60,114 bases of DNA from Bacillota bacterium (GTDB lineage: Bacteria > Bacillota > Limnochordia > DTU087). This document shows, piece after piece, positions 19,425 to 29,130 of this stretch. The notes under the pieces are model-generated. The model saw nothing but the letters and a program-made list of their open reading frames with translations, did not search any database and had not been told where the DNA came from. The position numbers and the translations under genes are program-made. The stretch is from NCBI GenBank assembly GCA_012518905.1, contig JAAYRF010000008.1, positions 1 through 60,114 of the forward strand, read 5' to 3'. The stretch's first letter is position 1; every line of letters starts with the position of its first letter.

Positions 19425-21268
19425 CGGCGCCGCCTCCTACAGGAGGCCGTATCGACCTTTGCCTCGCCTACAGAGTAATTTTCGCCACGGATACCATCAT
19501 GTTCTTCAGGGGAAGGGGCTACGGATAAGACACTGTAGAGTAAACCTATCCCCAAGCAAGCTCCTATAACGAGACCCACTATGGTCCGGGATATGCTGGC
19601 AATTAGGGGGGAATGAATGTGGGTAAAAGTATTGACCATGGATACTGGGCCGATTGTACCTAAAGCAGCTGTGAAGAGCCCTACCCGGTACCAACCCCAA
19701 CTGAATAACCCAAAACCTAAGATAAGAAGTGGATATCCGATGAGAAGCTCCTTGGTTCTGGGTCGGTAGGGAAACACCTGCTCCAAGAATTCCCGAAGCC
19801 TAAGCTCCCAGGCGGGAACTGGGATGATAAAATTGCCGGTACGCCCAATATAGATTATGCCGACCAAGAGTGCGAAAAATATCAGGCAAACTCTCATCCA
19901 TGCCGGGACCTTACCCCATTTATGCCGCCAGGTAAAGGTCCTATCAAGGCTAAAACCCTCAACTATCGCACCTCCTATAACCAACACCACTGGCAATAAC
20001 GACATGGCCTTAACTCCCCGAAACTGGACAACCTTAAGCATGAACCGAAAATCGCCCAAGGCAGCAATCACCACGGCAGCTCCCGCCAAGGCAATGCCTG
20101 CTGCCTGGCCAAACTCCTTGAGGCTGCGGGATAAGGCCACACTCTTTCTCGGGCCTAAAGCAGAGGCAGCCTTCGAGGACCATCGCTGAGGCATCACAGC
20201 CAACGCTGGGAAAGTAACAGCCGCCAGAAATGCCAAGGCCTGCCTAGCCAAGATCTCGTTGTAATAGAGAAACGTGGCCACAACTATGGCGGCTACGCAC
20301 CCTAAGATCGGGATAGCCAGCCTATCCAAAGAAGCTTCTAAGCTAGAGGCAACTTGCCGCCCAGCCAGAGGTCCTGGTAAGGCTGCACGTAGAGCTCTGT
20401 AAAGCAAAATGCCGCCTCCCAACCAACCACACGTGGCCAGCAAAAAGGGCACAAGGCCAGTCCGCCAAGGGGGTAGGCTGGAAGCCTGACCCCTTGAGTA
20501 TCCTGCCTTGCCAAGGGCTCCATTCAAATCCTTCACTAAGGCCTTGGTGCGAGACAAATCCCACTCCGGCAGTGCCCTGATGTACAGTAATCTGTAAGAC
20601 CGTTCCCGCACCGCCCGCATAAACCTAGTTTCGGCTGTATGTAGATCATATCGGGGCAACTCTCGCGGATAAATAGTGTGCACCCGCACCATATGTAGGG
20701 GAGCTAATCGAACAAGCTCAGTCTCCCCGGACTGATTGGCAAATTCCTGCCAGCCAAATCGGGTGTTACTGGCTCTAAGTAGTAATGCTACCTGGGACAG
20801 TTCAGATGGATAGCCCACCACTTGCCCACCGCCAAACACAACTACCTCCGGCTCGATCATAGAAACCAAGCTGGCAAGCTCCGGTATGGTCAGTGTAGGG
20901 CCAGAAGATGCAGCTGGCCGGCTGAATTTCTGGCCGGTGTCAAGACCGTAGTCCTCATCACCACCGATCTTTAGTATCACCTGGTATCCCGCAGCCTTTA
21001 TAGCCTGAGCAATCTCCCGCAACCTGGGGCTGGTCCACGGTTCTTGGGGAGATACCGTGATCACCAAACTTTCGACTCCCCAATCTGTGATTTCCGCAAG
21101 CAAACCGTCCATATCTGTGGTTTTTGCCAAGTCCCCTCCCACGAGATCTTCTAAGTCGACGGCGATTTCGACCGTATCAAAACCTGACTCCAGCGCTAAT
21201 CGCTGTCCGCCAACTACGAAACCAGATATCAATCCCAGGAGTACCAGCATCCAGGCCAGTCTCTGCAC
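19421..21268 (-). CDS. DUF5693-like membrane protein (N-terminal extracytoplasmic domain plus a polytopic C-terminal half)
   Basis: Signal anchor, a soluble region of about 250 aa, then at least nine hydrophobic segments. I recall this architecture as typically adjacent to csaB in Firmicutes. The family call is from memory and was not searched. Confidence 0.65.
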   Translation of the reverse strand: MQRLAWMLVLLGLISGFVVGGQRLALESGFDTVEIAVDLEDLVGGDLAKTTDMDGLLAEITDWGVESLVITVSPQEPWTSPRLREIAQAIKAAGYQVILKIGGDEDYGLDTGQKFSRPAASSGPTLTIPELASLVSMIEPEVVVFGGGQVVGYPSELSQVALLLRASNTRFGWQEFANQSGETELVRLAPLHMVRVHTIYPRELPRYDLHTAETRFMRAVRERSYRLLYIRALPEWDLSRTKALVKDLNGALGKAGYSRGQASSLPPWRTGLVPFLLATCGWLGGGILLYRALRAALPGPLAGRQVASSLEASLDRLAIPILGCVAAIVVATFLYYNEILARQALAFLAAVTFPALAVMPQRWSSKAASALGPRKSVALSRSLKEFGQAAGIALAGAAVVIAALGDFRFMLKVVQFRGVKAMSLLPVVLVIGGAIVEGFSLDRTFTWRHKWGKVPAWMRVCLIFFALLVGIIYIGRTGNFIIPVPAWELRLREFLEQVFPYRPRTKELLIGYPLLILGFGLFSWGWYRVGLFTAALGTIGPVSMVNTFTHIHSPLIASISRTIVGLVIGACLGIGLLYSVLSVAPSPEEHDGIRGENYSVGEAKVDTASCRRRRR

Positions 21269-21270
21269 TG

Positions 21271-22017
21271 CTACCGTCCTTCCCCATCAAGCTTTGCATA
21301 ATGCCCAAAAGCGTATAATTGTCCTTTCTCCAACCGGATTTCATCGATGACTAGCGGTACTGGCAATCCAGTAAGGTCTATGAGCAATGCCTTGTCTTCC
21401 GCCAATGCAGATAGAATGATTTGGGGGACTACTATGTCTTCCACAGCCAAAGCTTCCGGTACGAAAGTGATCTTGGTGTCATCACGGATTTCGAAGGCCC
21501 CCCGTAGATTGATATCGATCTTATGCCCGAAGAAATTGATATTCCCCTTTAGCACAGCACCTTCCGGCAATAGTGCTATCTGGAGCCGTTTCTCGGGATC
21601 CACTTTCTCCCAAAGATATTGGTTGATGCCTGCCTCGGTCAACAGGACAGTCAAGCGCAGATCTGCTGCATTGGTCACCATGACTTGACCGGTTGAGTAT
21701 AAGGCTTTCGGATCCAGGACTACCTGGCGACCCTGCAGAAGAAAAGCTCCTACCGATAGGTCGTCGATGACAAAATCTCGGACTTCCATATGGATGCTCT
21801 GGAAACGACCCGTGAGACTAGCCAAGGCCGGCCAAGCCTGAATATCTATATGGAGATATTCTGCAGCACTCAATCTCTCCCGCATTGCCCGTTCTACCCG
21901 CCCCTCCAGGGTCGGGGGCAAGAGCAACTGCGTCAGGCCCAATATGGCAAGGATAGCAGCCAAGCACCAGATCATAATCGGACGCATTCTACTTCTCATC
22001 TTGGACGCTCCCCCCAC
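21271..22017 (-). CDS. DUF2993 (LmeA-like) domain protein with an N-terminal anchor
   Basis: One TM segment (IMIWCLAAILAILGLTQLLL), then two repeats of a beta-rich module. It lies 2 nt upstream of the DUF5693 gene. Confidence 0.6.
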   Translation of the reverse strand: MGGASKMRSRMRPIMIWCLAAILAILGLTQLLLPPTLEGRVERAMRERLSAAEYLHIDIQAWPALASLTGRFQSIHMEVRDFVIDDLSVGAFLLQGRQVVLDPKALYSTGQVMVTNAADLRLTVLLTEAGINQYLWEKVDPEKRLQIALLPEGAVLKGNINFFGHKIDINLRGAFEIRDDTKITFVPEALAVEDIVVPQIILSALAEDKALLIDLTGLPVPLVIDEIRLEKGQLYAFGHYAKLDGEGR

Positions 22018-22039
22018 ATGGCAAGCCTAACTAACTCAA

Positions 22040-23156
22040 CTACCGCTGTTTATGCCAATGCAAATATGCTTGGATAAACGGATCGAGTTCACCATCCATG
22101 ACAGCTTGTACATTGCCGGTTTCGTATTCTGTGCGATGGTCCCGAACCATGGTGTAAGGGCAGAAAACATAGGAACGGATCTGGCTTCCCCAGGCTATCT
22201 CGCTCTGCTCGCCCCGCAGCTCTTCCATCATGGCTTCTTGCTCCAACAGCTTTTGTTCCAACAGCCGAGCCCTAAGAAGCTGCATGGCCCGCTCTCGGTT
22301 GGCATGTTGAGATCTTTCTCCCTGACACTGGACCACTATACCAGTGGGGATGTGGGTGATGCGCACAGCAGAATCAGTCTTGTTGACATGCTGACCCCCT
22401 GCACCGCTGGCCCGATAGGTATCGATGCGCAAGTCAGCTGCCTCGATAGCGATCTCATCGTCATCCTCTACCTGTGGGATGACATCCACCGATGCAAAAG
22501 ACGTGTGCCTACGGCCAGATGCGTCAAAGGGCGAGATCCTCACCAAGCGATGAACCCCCTTTTCCGCTTGTAGATACCCGTAAGCATTTTCACCTTTGAC
22601 TAAAAACGTGACATTCTTGATGCCCGCTTCTTCCCCCGGCATCAGATCAATAACCTCTATGCCGAAATCATGCCCCTCTGCCCAACGACTGTACATTCTA
22701 AAGAGCATCTCCGCCCAGTCCTGGGACTCCGTGCCTCCGGCCCCTGAGTGAATGGATACATAAGCATCACTGGCATCATGATCGCCACCCAATAACGTAG
22801 CAAGCTCGAGGGTCTCCACTTCTCGTTCCAGCCCTTCGAGCTCGGTTTTGACTTCGCGGATGGTATCTCCATCCTCCTCGGCCAATCCCAATTCCAGTAA
22901 TACCCCTAAGTCATCCAGCAATCTCTTGGCTTCATACCAAGCATTGAGGGGGTGTCTCGTGCTGTTTAGTTTCCGGATAACACCCTGGGCCGCCTCTGGA
23001 TCATCCCAGAAGCTCGGTTCGGCCATGAGCGCCTCGTACTCCTCCACCTGTTTGGCTCTGCCTACAACGTCAAAGATAAACCCCCATTTCTTCGATTTTC
23101 CGTTGCAGCTCTTCTAGGCGCTCTTCTATCTCTGGTACTTCGATCTCCCAAACCAC
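22040..23156 (-). CDS. prfB: peptide chain release factor 2, expressed through a programmed +1 frameshift
   Basis: The body contains SPF (RISPFDASGRRHTSFA) and GGQ (SGAGGQHVNKTDSAVR). Frame 0 starts at the GTG at 23156 (GGAG SD 8 nt upstream) and stops at the TGA at 23072-23070. The +1 frame continues as DVVGRAKQVEEYEAL... Confidence 0.95.
23070..23084 (-). promoter_or_regulatory. prfB +1 frameshift site (GGGGGT tat CTT TGA C)
   Basis: The minus strand reads ATGGGGGTTTATCTTTGAC. This is the canonical CUU UGA C slippery/stop context with an internal SD-like GGGGG 3 nt upstream of the CTT (L) codon. Confidence 0.9.
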
Positions 23157-23180
23157 TATCAGCACTCCTTCCTCGTCTGA

Positions 23181-25697
23181 CTACCGTCCACAACACCGTT
23201 TATATTTCTTGCCGCTGCCGCACGGACAGGGGTCATTGCGCCCGACTTTCTCTACCCTACGCTGGGCAATGTGAGCCTGGCCCATGGATCCGTCTCCATT
23301 TCGATTGGTAGTAGCTCGGCTCAATCGATCCTGCCGCATCCGCTCTTCCTCAGTCACAAGCCTAACCCGGAAAAGGAGCTGCACTACATCCTCTTGCATC
23401 TCCTCCATCATGGCCTGAAACATCTCATAGGCCTCGAACTTGTACTCCATGAGGGGATCTCTTTGCCCATAGACTCTAAGTCCAATCCCCTCCTTGAGAT
23501 CATCCATGGCCCGCAGATGCTCCATCCACTTGCTGTCCATGATCTTAAGAAGCACAATCCGCTCCAGCTCCCTAAGGTGCTCGGAGCCCAGTTCTTCCTC
23601 TCTCTCAGCGTAAGCTAAAAGTAACCGTTCTTGTAGCATCTCCCGGAGCTCTTCGCGTTCCCGGCCCACCAGCTCTTCTTCAGCTATCTTAATGGAATGG
23701 TTAGTTAGCTCATTTAGGTGCTGCATGAGCCCTACGAGATCCCAATCCTCCTGAAAGACTTTTTCATCAGCGTAAACACCTAGTGCCATATCGATCTGCC
23801 TTCTCAGCATATCCATCATGTTGTCCTTTAGGTTCTGGCCTTCCATCACCTTCCGGCGCTGACTGTAGATTGTCTCCCGCTGTCTATTCATAACGTCATC
23901 GTACTCAAGGACTTGCTTGCGGATATCAAAATGATAGGCTTCCAATTTCTTCTGGGCGCCTTCGATGGCTCGACTGATCTGAGGATGTTCTATGACTTCG
24001 TTCTCTTCCCATCCCAATCGATCCATGATGGCTCCAACCCGTTCTGATCCAAAGAGTCGCATTAAGTCGTCTTCCAGGGAGACATAGAACCGGGAGGACC
24101 CGGTATCACCCTGGCGACCGGCTCTCCCACGAAGCTGGTTATCTATGCGACGACTTTCGTGGCGCTCACTGCCAATAATGTGCAAGCCTCCGAGCTCATT
24201 TACACCCTCGCCCAGAACAATGTCAGTCCCTCGACCAGCCATATTAGTAGCAATGGTGACTGCCCCTCGTTGTCCGGCTCCCTTGACGATCTCTGCTTCC
24301 CGCTCATGGTGTTTTGCGTTAAGCACCGCGTGGGGAATACCTCGCCGTTGCAGCATGTCACTTAGCATTTCCGATTTCTCGATGGAGATTGTCCCCACCA
24401 ATACTGGTCGACCTTCCTTGTACAGCTCCTCAACTTCCTCAACTATGGCACGGGATTTGGAGCTTTCCGTTCGATAGACCGCGTCGGGGTGATCGATACG
24501 GATCATAGGTTTGTGGGTAGGAATCACCACAACATCCATGCCGTAGATCTTCTGGAATTCTGCCTCTTCCGTAGCTGCAGTCCCAGTCATACCCGCAAGC
24601 TTGTCATACATGCGAAAGTAGTTCTGAAAAGTGATGGAAGCCAGGGTTTGGCTCTCCCGCTCAATCTTCACATTCTCCCTGGCCTCGATGGCCTGGTGCA
24701 ATCCATCACTGTAGCGCCGCCCATGCATTAAGCGACCAGTAAACTCATCGACGATAATGACTTCACCGTCTTTGACCACATAGTCTCGATCTCTGCGAAA
24801 TAACGTGGCAGCTTTTAGAGCCTGGATAATGTAATGATTGAGCTCAAAATTTTCCTCATCAAAGAGGTTATCTATGCCCAAGAGCTCTTCAACCCGGGCT
24901 ACACCCGCCTCGGTGAGGGCTACGGCCTTGGCTTTCTCATCTACAGTATAATGGGTCTCAGCTTTGAGCCGAGGTACCAGCTTGGCGAACCGATAGTACT
25001 GCTCTGGAGCTTCTTCCGACGGACCAGAGATAATCAGTGGTGTGCGAGCTTCATCAATGAGGATGCTATCCACCTCATCAACTATGGCATAGTGCAAGGG
25101 CCGCTGTACCATGTGCTCAGCATAGAGGACCATATTATCTCGCAGATAGTCAAATCCGAATTCGTTATTGGTGCCATAGGTGATATCTGCGTTGTACGCA
25201 GCCCTGCGCTCATCAAATTCCAGGCCATGAACGATAGTGCCCACAGATAAGCCCAAGAATCGGTAAATACTGCCCATCCATTCAGCATCTCGACGGGCCA
25301 GATAATCATTGACAGTGACTAGGTGAACACCCTTGCCAGTGAGCGCGTTAAGGTAAATGGGCAGCGTGGCTACCAAAGTCTTGCCTTCTCCCGTCTTCAT
25401 CTCGGCTATGCGCCCTTCATGGAGCACTATGCCGCCCATCAGCTGCACATCAAAGTGCCGCATGTTCACCGTCCTCCAAGCAGCCTCTCTTACAACAGCA
25501 AAGGCCTCCGGCAAAATATCCTCCAGAGACGCCCCCCTGCTCAAGCGTTCTTTGAACTCCCCTGTTTTGGCCTGGAGTTCTCCATCGCTGAGCAGCTGCA
25601 TCTTTGGCTCCCAGCTGTTGATGATCTCCACCTGCTCTTGCAATCGCTTGAGCTCTTTAGTATTGCTATCAAAAAGTTTGCGTAGCAAACCTAGCAT
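23181..25697 (-). CDS. secA: preprotein translocase ATPase SecA
   Basis: 838 aa with MKTGEGKTL Walker A, a DEAD-like [12 protein letters not shown] motif and a C-terminal zinc finger [14 protein letters not shown]. prfB starts 24 nt downstream. Confidence 0.97.
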   Translation of the reverse strand: MLGLLRKLFDSNTKELKRLQEQVEIINSWEPKMQLLSDGELQAKTGEFKERLSRGASLEDILPEAFAVVREAAWRTVNMRHFDVQLMGGIVLHEGRIAEMKTGEGKTLVATLPIYLNALTGKGVHLVTVNDYLARRDAEWMGSIYRFLGLSVGTIVHGLEFDERRAAYNADITYGTNNEFGFDYLRDNMVLYAEHMVQRPLHYAIVDEVDSILIDEARTPLIISGPSEEAPEQYYRFAKLVPRLKAETHYTVDEKAKAVALTEAGVARVEELLGIDNLFDEENFELNHYIIQALKAATLFRRDRDYVVKDGEVIIVDEFTGRLMHGRRYSDGLHQAIEARENVKIERESQTLASITFQNYFRMYDKLAGMTGTAATEEAEFQKIYGMDVVVIPTHKPMIRIDHPDAVYRTESSKSRAIVEEVEELYKEGRPVLVGTISIEKSEMLSDMLQRRGIPHAVLNAKHHEREAEIVKGAGQRGAVTIATNMAGRGTDIVLGEGVNELGGLHIIGSERHESRRIDNQLRGRAGRQGDTGSSRFYVSLEDDLMRLFGSERVGAIMDRLGWEENEVIEHPQISRAIEGAQKKLEAYHFDIRKQVLEYDDVMNRQRETIYSQRRKVMEGQNLKDNMMDMLRRQIDMALGVYADEKVFQEDWDLVGLMQHLNELTNHSIKIAEEELVGREREELREMLQERLLLAYAEREEELGSEHLRELERIVLLKIMDSKWMEHLRAMDDLKEGIGLRVYGQRDPLMEYKFEAYEMFQAMMEEMQEDVVQLLFRVRLVTEEERMRQDRLSRATTNRNGDGSMGQAHIAQRRVEKVGRNDPCPCGSGKKYKRCCGR

Positions 25698-25802
25698 GAC
25701 GGCTCATCCTTTCCGGTTGAGCTCCCATTAGCTCGTATTTCTACTGATAACTATACCACAACTGGTCACCCCATGGAAATGGACCTCTTCCACAGCACAG
25801 AA

Positions 25803-25838
25803 CAAAAAATAAGGGGTGGGCAGTAACTGCCCACCCCC
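25803..25838 (-). terminator. rho-independent terminator of hpf
   Basis: The minus strand reads GGGGTGGGCAG-tta-CTGCCCACCCC, an 11-bp stem, followed by TTATTTTTTG. Confidence 0.85.
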
Positions 25839-25864
25839 AAGTATGCTAAACACATATGTCTTGC

Positions 25865-26434
25865 TTAGAACTCTGGCTCAATCAGACCATAGTCCCCGTT
25901 CCGCCGCTTATATACTACGTTGACTTCATCGGTGGCAGCATTGGCAAACACGAAGAAATCGTGGCCCAAAAGCTCCATCTGCAAAATAGCTTCTTCGACG
26001 GACATGGGTTTCATAGCAAATCGCTTGGTCTTAACTACCCTAGGAGGGGCGACTTCCTCTTCCTCAGTGGCGGTGATGTCGCCTAGAGAGCCGCTGCTAG
26101 CCAGTTCCCCTAGGCCCGGTCCCTGTTGACGCTTCTGGAACTTGGTCTTGTACTTGCGAATCTGGCGTTCAATCCGATCGATGGCTTCGTCTAGAGAGGC
26201 ATACATATCCGGTGTTCTCCCTTCGCCTCTAACTAGCAAACCACCAACCTGCACGGTAATCTCAGCCATCTGCAGCTCCCGCTCAATCTTCAGGACCACT
26301 TCGGCTTGGGGCTCGTGTGGCTCGTCAAAGAACTTGGCTACTTTTTTCAGCTTCTTGTGAGCGTACTCCCGCAACGCAGGCGTTACCTCTAGATTCTTGC
26401 CTTTGACTACTACTCGGACTTCTTCTACAGCCAC
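25865..26434 (-). CDS. hpf: ribosome hibernation promoting factor, long form
   Basis: The N-terminal sigma-54-modulation/S30AE fold (KGKNLEVTPALREYAHKKLKKV) and a C-terminal dimerisation domain (KPMSVEEAILQMELLGHDFFVFAN). The GTG at 26434 is 9 nt after AAAGGAG. The ORF-track TTG at 26443 abuts the SD. Confidence 0.9.
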   Translation of the reverse strand: MAVEEVRVVVKGKNLEVTPALREYAHKKLKKVAKFFDEPHEPQAEVVLKIERELQMAEITVQVGGLLVRGEGRTPDMYASLDEAIDRIERQIRKYKTKFQKRQQGPGLGELASSGSLGDITATEEEEVAPPRVVKTKRFAMKPMSVEEAILQMELLGHDFFVFANAATDEVNVVYKRRNGDYGLIEPEF

Positions 26435-26588
26435 TCTCACCAACTCCTTTGAGTTTGGATTGACCGACCTCTATGAACAATACTTCCGTAGCTTTCCACA
26501 AAACTCCTGCAAGGACAATCATGGCCAAATAAGGGTCGGTACTTAATATTTACCCAAACTTCTCCCGAGATACACCTTGCCATAAGGT

Positions 26589-26618
26589 AAAAACCCACAG
26601 AGTCATCGACTCTGTGGG
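26589..26618 (-). terminator. rho-independent terminator of the cold-shock gene
   Basis: The minus strand reads CCCACAGAGT-cgatg-ACTCTGTGGG followed by TTTTT. Confidence 0.85.
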
Positions 26619-26646
26619 TATGATATCGTTCACAATTTTCCTGTTC

Positions 26647-26844
26647 TCACACTTTCACAACGTTAGCAGCCTGTGGGCCCCTTTCACCTTCAACTATGTC
26701 GAACTCGACTTCCTGCCCCTCATCCAAGGACTTGAAACCCTGCTCCTGAATTGCGGAAAAGTGAACAAACACATCGCCGCCGTCTTCTCTCTCAATGAAG
26801 CCGTAGCCCTTCTCCGCGTTAAACCACTTAACTCTGCCTAGCAT
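26647..26844 (-). CDS. cold-shock protein (CspA family)
   Basis: 65 aa with an RNP1-like KGYGFIE and an RNP2-like VFVHFSAI. Confidence 0.95.
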   Translation of the reverse strand: MLGRVKWFNAEKGYGFIEREDGGDVFVHFSAIQEQGFKSLDEGQEVEFDIVEGERGPQAANVVKV

Positions 26845-27000
26845 TACAACGCATTCCTCCTAAAGATTTCTCCAACTCTTAAGGTAGCAAACAAGGCCAA
26901 GAACCAGGGGGCTTGCTTAGGGCCCGATGTTGCCAAGTACCAGCAACGCCTAAGAGTTTACAACTTTCGAACTAATGGTATCACACCCTGTTCCAGCCTG

Positions 27001-27672
27001 TCAAGAGGCTAAGCTATGTTCGTCCAATTTCATGCGGCGCTCTATCCTGCTCACCAAGAATGAAATGCTCTTGGTCATGATCAGATAGATGACTGCGATT
27101 TGGATATAGATCTCGAAGGGCCGATAGAACCGCGTAACATTGATCTGGCCTTTCCGCAACAGCTCCTCTAGGGAAATAACCGCCACCAAAGAAGAATCCT
27201 TCAGCAAAGCAATGAACTCATTGCCCAAAGGCGGAACGATCCGACGAAAGGCCTGCGGGAGCACTACGAACTGCATTGTTTGAGAACCAGTCATCCCCAG
27301 CGACCGGGCGGCTTCTACTTGCCCTCTATCTATGGACTCTATCCCAGCCCGAACGATTTCTGCTACATAAGCCCCACTATTAAGACTTAAGGCCGTCAAC
27401 GCTGCTGCCCAGTTGGAGAGTCTCAATCCCAGTTGCGGTAGTCCCATGTAGACCACGAAAATCTGCACTAGCAGGGGTGTACCGCGAAAAAAATCCACAT
27501 ATGCCCCGGATAGCGTCCGCACAACAGGTCTCCGTGAGAGGCGTCCCATCCCTAGTAATGTCCCCAGGATGATGCCCATAAACACTGAAAAGGCGGTCAG
27601 TTTTATAGTAACAATGGCTCCTTCTAGATGGGAGGGCAGTACTTTCCACATTAAGTCCCAGCGTAAACCCAT
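27001..27672 (-). CDS. amino acid ABC transporter permease (His/Glu/Gln/Arg/opine family)
   Basis: 223 aa with an EAA-loop (VEAARSLGMTGSQTM). It lies 2 nt downstream of the binding-protein gene. Confidence 0.9.
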   Translation of the reverse strand: MGLRWDLMWKVLPSHLEGAIVTIKLTAFSVFMGIILGTLLGMGRLSRRPVVRTLSGAYVDFFRGTPLLVQIFVVYMGLPQLGLRLSNWAAALTALSLNSGAYVAEIVRAGIESIDRGQVEAARSLGMTGSQTMQFVVLPQAFRRIVPPLGNEFIALLKDSSLVAVISLEELLRKGQINVTRFYRPFEIYIQIAVIYLIMTKSISFLVSRIERRMKLDEHSLAS

Positions 27673-27674
27673 GG

Positions 27675-28424
27675 TTAGTTCACACCAAAGTATTTGGTAT
27701 AGATTTCGTCATAAATGCCCTTTTCCACCACAGCGGCCAGGGCTTGGTTGACCTGGTCCAAGAGTTCCTTTCTGCCTTTGCGAATTGCGATACCATATTG
27801 CTCTTGGGTAAATGGCTCACCGACAATCTTGGCTCCTTCAGGATTGTTCTTCATGTAGTCCAGAGCCACCTGCAAATCAACGATGGCTACGTCTGCGCTC
27901 TTGTTCTGCAACTCCATAAAGGCTTCGGGAAAATAGTTGAAGCGAGCTACCCGCTTGAGACTCTTGATCTCACTTGCTTCTAGATCCCCGGTGGTGCCAA
28001 TCTGTACCGCAGCCACCATCCCGGTGAGATCATCTAGCCCCTTAATTCGATCGTCGTCTTTGCGGACCACCAGAACTTGACTGGCATTGAAATACGGTTC
28101 CGAGAAGTCCACCGCCATGAGGCGCTCTTCGGTAATAGTCATGGCAGCTATTACTATGTCGTAATTGCCATTGATTAGGCCTGGCAAGATCCCGTCCCAA
28201 GCTGTATTCAGAATCTCAACTTCCGCACCCATTTCTACGCCAATGGCCTTGATGAGGTCAATATCGAAACCTACACACTCATCGGTATCGGGATCGACGC
28301 TCTCAAAAGGAGGGAAAGTGGCATCAGTAGCTACCTTAAGAACCTCCTGGGCAAAACCCAACCCTGATGCTCCAAAAAACAGCACCACTGTAAGTATGAT
28401 GGCCAAGCGATTGAGTTTCTTCAC
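27675..28424 (-). CDS. amino acid ABC transporter substrate-binding protein
   Basis: Signal peptide KKLNRLAIILTVVLFFGASGLGFA, then a type-3 periplasmic binding fold (FPPFESVD...GFDIDL). The GTG at 28424 has a GAGAGGGG SD 8 nt upstream. The ORF-track start is 28457. Confidence 0.88.
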   Translation of the reverse strand: MKKLNRLAIILTVVLFFGASGLGFAQEVLKVATDATFPPFESVDPDTDECVGFDIDLIKAIGVEMGAEVEILNTAWDGILPGLINGNYDIVIAAMTITEERLMAVDFSEPYFNASQVLVVRKDDDRIKGLDDLTGMVAAVQIGTTGDLEASEIKSLKRVARFNYFPEAFMELQNKSADVAIVDLQVALDYMKNNPEGAKIVGEPFTQEQYGIAIRKGRKELLDQVNQALAAVVEKGIYDEIYTKYFGVN

Positions 28425-28474
28425 CTTAAATACCCCTCTCTTGTCTGCAACCCTCACTCGCGTACGACAAGATA

Positions 28475-28504
28475 ATTATACACGAAAGGGTATAAAATTA
28501 CAAG
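28475..28504 (-). promoter_or_regulatory. promoter of the amino-acid ABC operon (TTGTAA - 18 - TATAAT)
   Basis: The reverse complement of 28499-28504 is TTGTAA and of 28475-28480 is TATAAT. Confidence 0.55.
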
Positions 28505-28556
28505 CACAAATCAAAGACCCTTGCCGATATTTCCCCGGTAGTCTATCGACAAGGGT
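28505..28556 (-). terminator. terminator-like long hairpin after the zinc-ribbon gene
   Basis: The minus strand reads GACCCTTG..CGATA..TATCG..CAAGGGTC followed by TTTGATTTG. Confidence 0.5.
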
Positions 28557-28599
28557 CCACGCTTACTTCCTAAGTTAGCTTAGTCCTTCGCCTGTGAAC

Positions 28600-28896
28600 T
28601 TAGCTTCGACGATTGGCAAAGCACTCTCTGCAAAACACCGGTCTATCTAACTGAGGCTTAAAAGGCACTTCTGTCTCTGCACCACATTCGGCACATATTA
28701 CCTTGTACATCTCTCGCTGACGGGGGGGGCGGGCTTGAACGCTACGTTGTTGCTTCCGGCTCCGGCGACACTCTGGACACCGGCCCGGCTCATTAACGAA
28801 CCCTCTTTCTTCATAGAACGCTTGCTCCCCAGCACTAAAGGTGAACTCGGAACCACAATCACGGCAGACTAAAACCTTGTCAACAAAGGCACCCAT
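28600..28896 (-). CDS. CxxC-x17-CxxC zinc-ribbon protein (two repeats)
   Basis: The translation contains VCRDCGSEFTFSAGEQAFYEERGFVNEPGRCPECRRSRK and VICAECGAETEVPFKPQLDRPVFCRECF. The ATG at 28896 has a GAAGGGGA SD 8 nt upstream. The ATG at 28920 is an alternative start. Confidence 0.8.
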   Translation of the reverse strand: MGAFVDKVLVCRDCGSEFTFSAGEQAFYEERGFVNEPGRCPECRRSRKQQRSVQARPPRQREMYKVICAECGAETEVPFKPQLDRPVFCRECFANRRS

Positions 28897-29094
28897 TAAT
28901 CTGATCCCCTTCTTAGTCATCCGAAGTAACAATCTACAGTTACAGCGCGGGCCTGCCTTTGCCCCATTTTTTCCTTTACCCCCGCCGGGGGAGTGTTTTG
29001 CCAACACTTCCGGGGATCAAAACGGTGGCCTTAGAGCTTGGTCTTTCTGCCGTGGCAGGTTGGTTGCGCGACACCGACCGCGGGCCCACACTAT
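28897..29094 (-). other. long (about 200 nt) GC-rich structured 5' leader of the zinc-ribbon gene
   Basis: It lies between the predicted promoter and the ATG. Local hairpins include CGCG-gucggugu-CGCG, CUGC-cacg-GCAG, GGA(A)GUGUU-ggca-AACACUCC and CCCC-cggc-GGGG. It also carries a 16-codon uORF at 28967-28917. Confidence 0.4.
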
Positions 29095-29101
29095 CACTTG
29101 T

Positions 29102-29130
29102 ATTATATACGCGTAGGCCAAATAAAACAA
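29102..29130 (-). promoter_or_regulatory. candidate promoter (TTGTTT - 17 - TATAAT) for the zinc-ribbon gene
   Basis: The reverse complement of 29125-29130 is TTGTTT and of 29102-29107 is TATAAT. Confidence 0.5.

Noticed and set aside
28897-29007. N-terminal extension of the zinc-ribbon ORF (the 135-aa version starting at a GTG at 29007).
   Set aside because: The extra 37 residues are Gly/Lys/Arg-rich and not homologous-looking. No SD precedes the start, whereas the ATG at 28896 has GAAGGGGA at ideal spacing.
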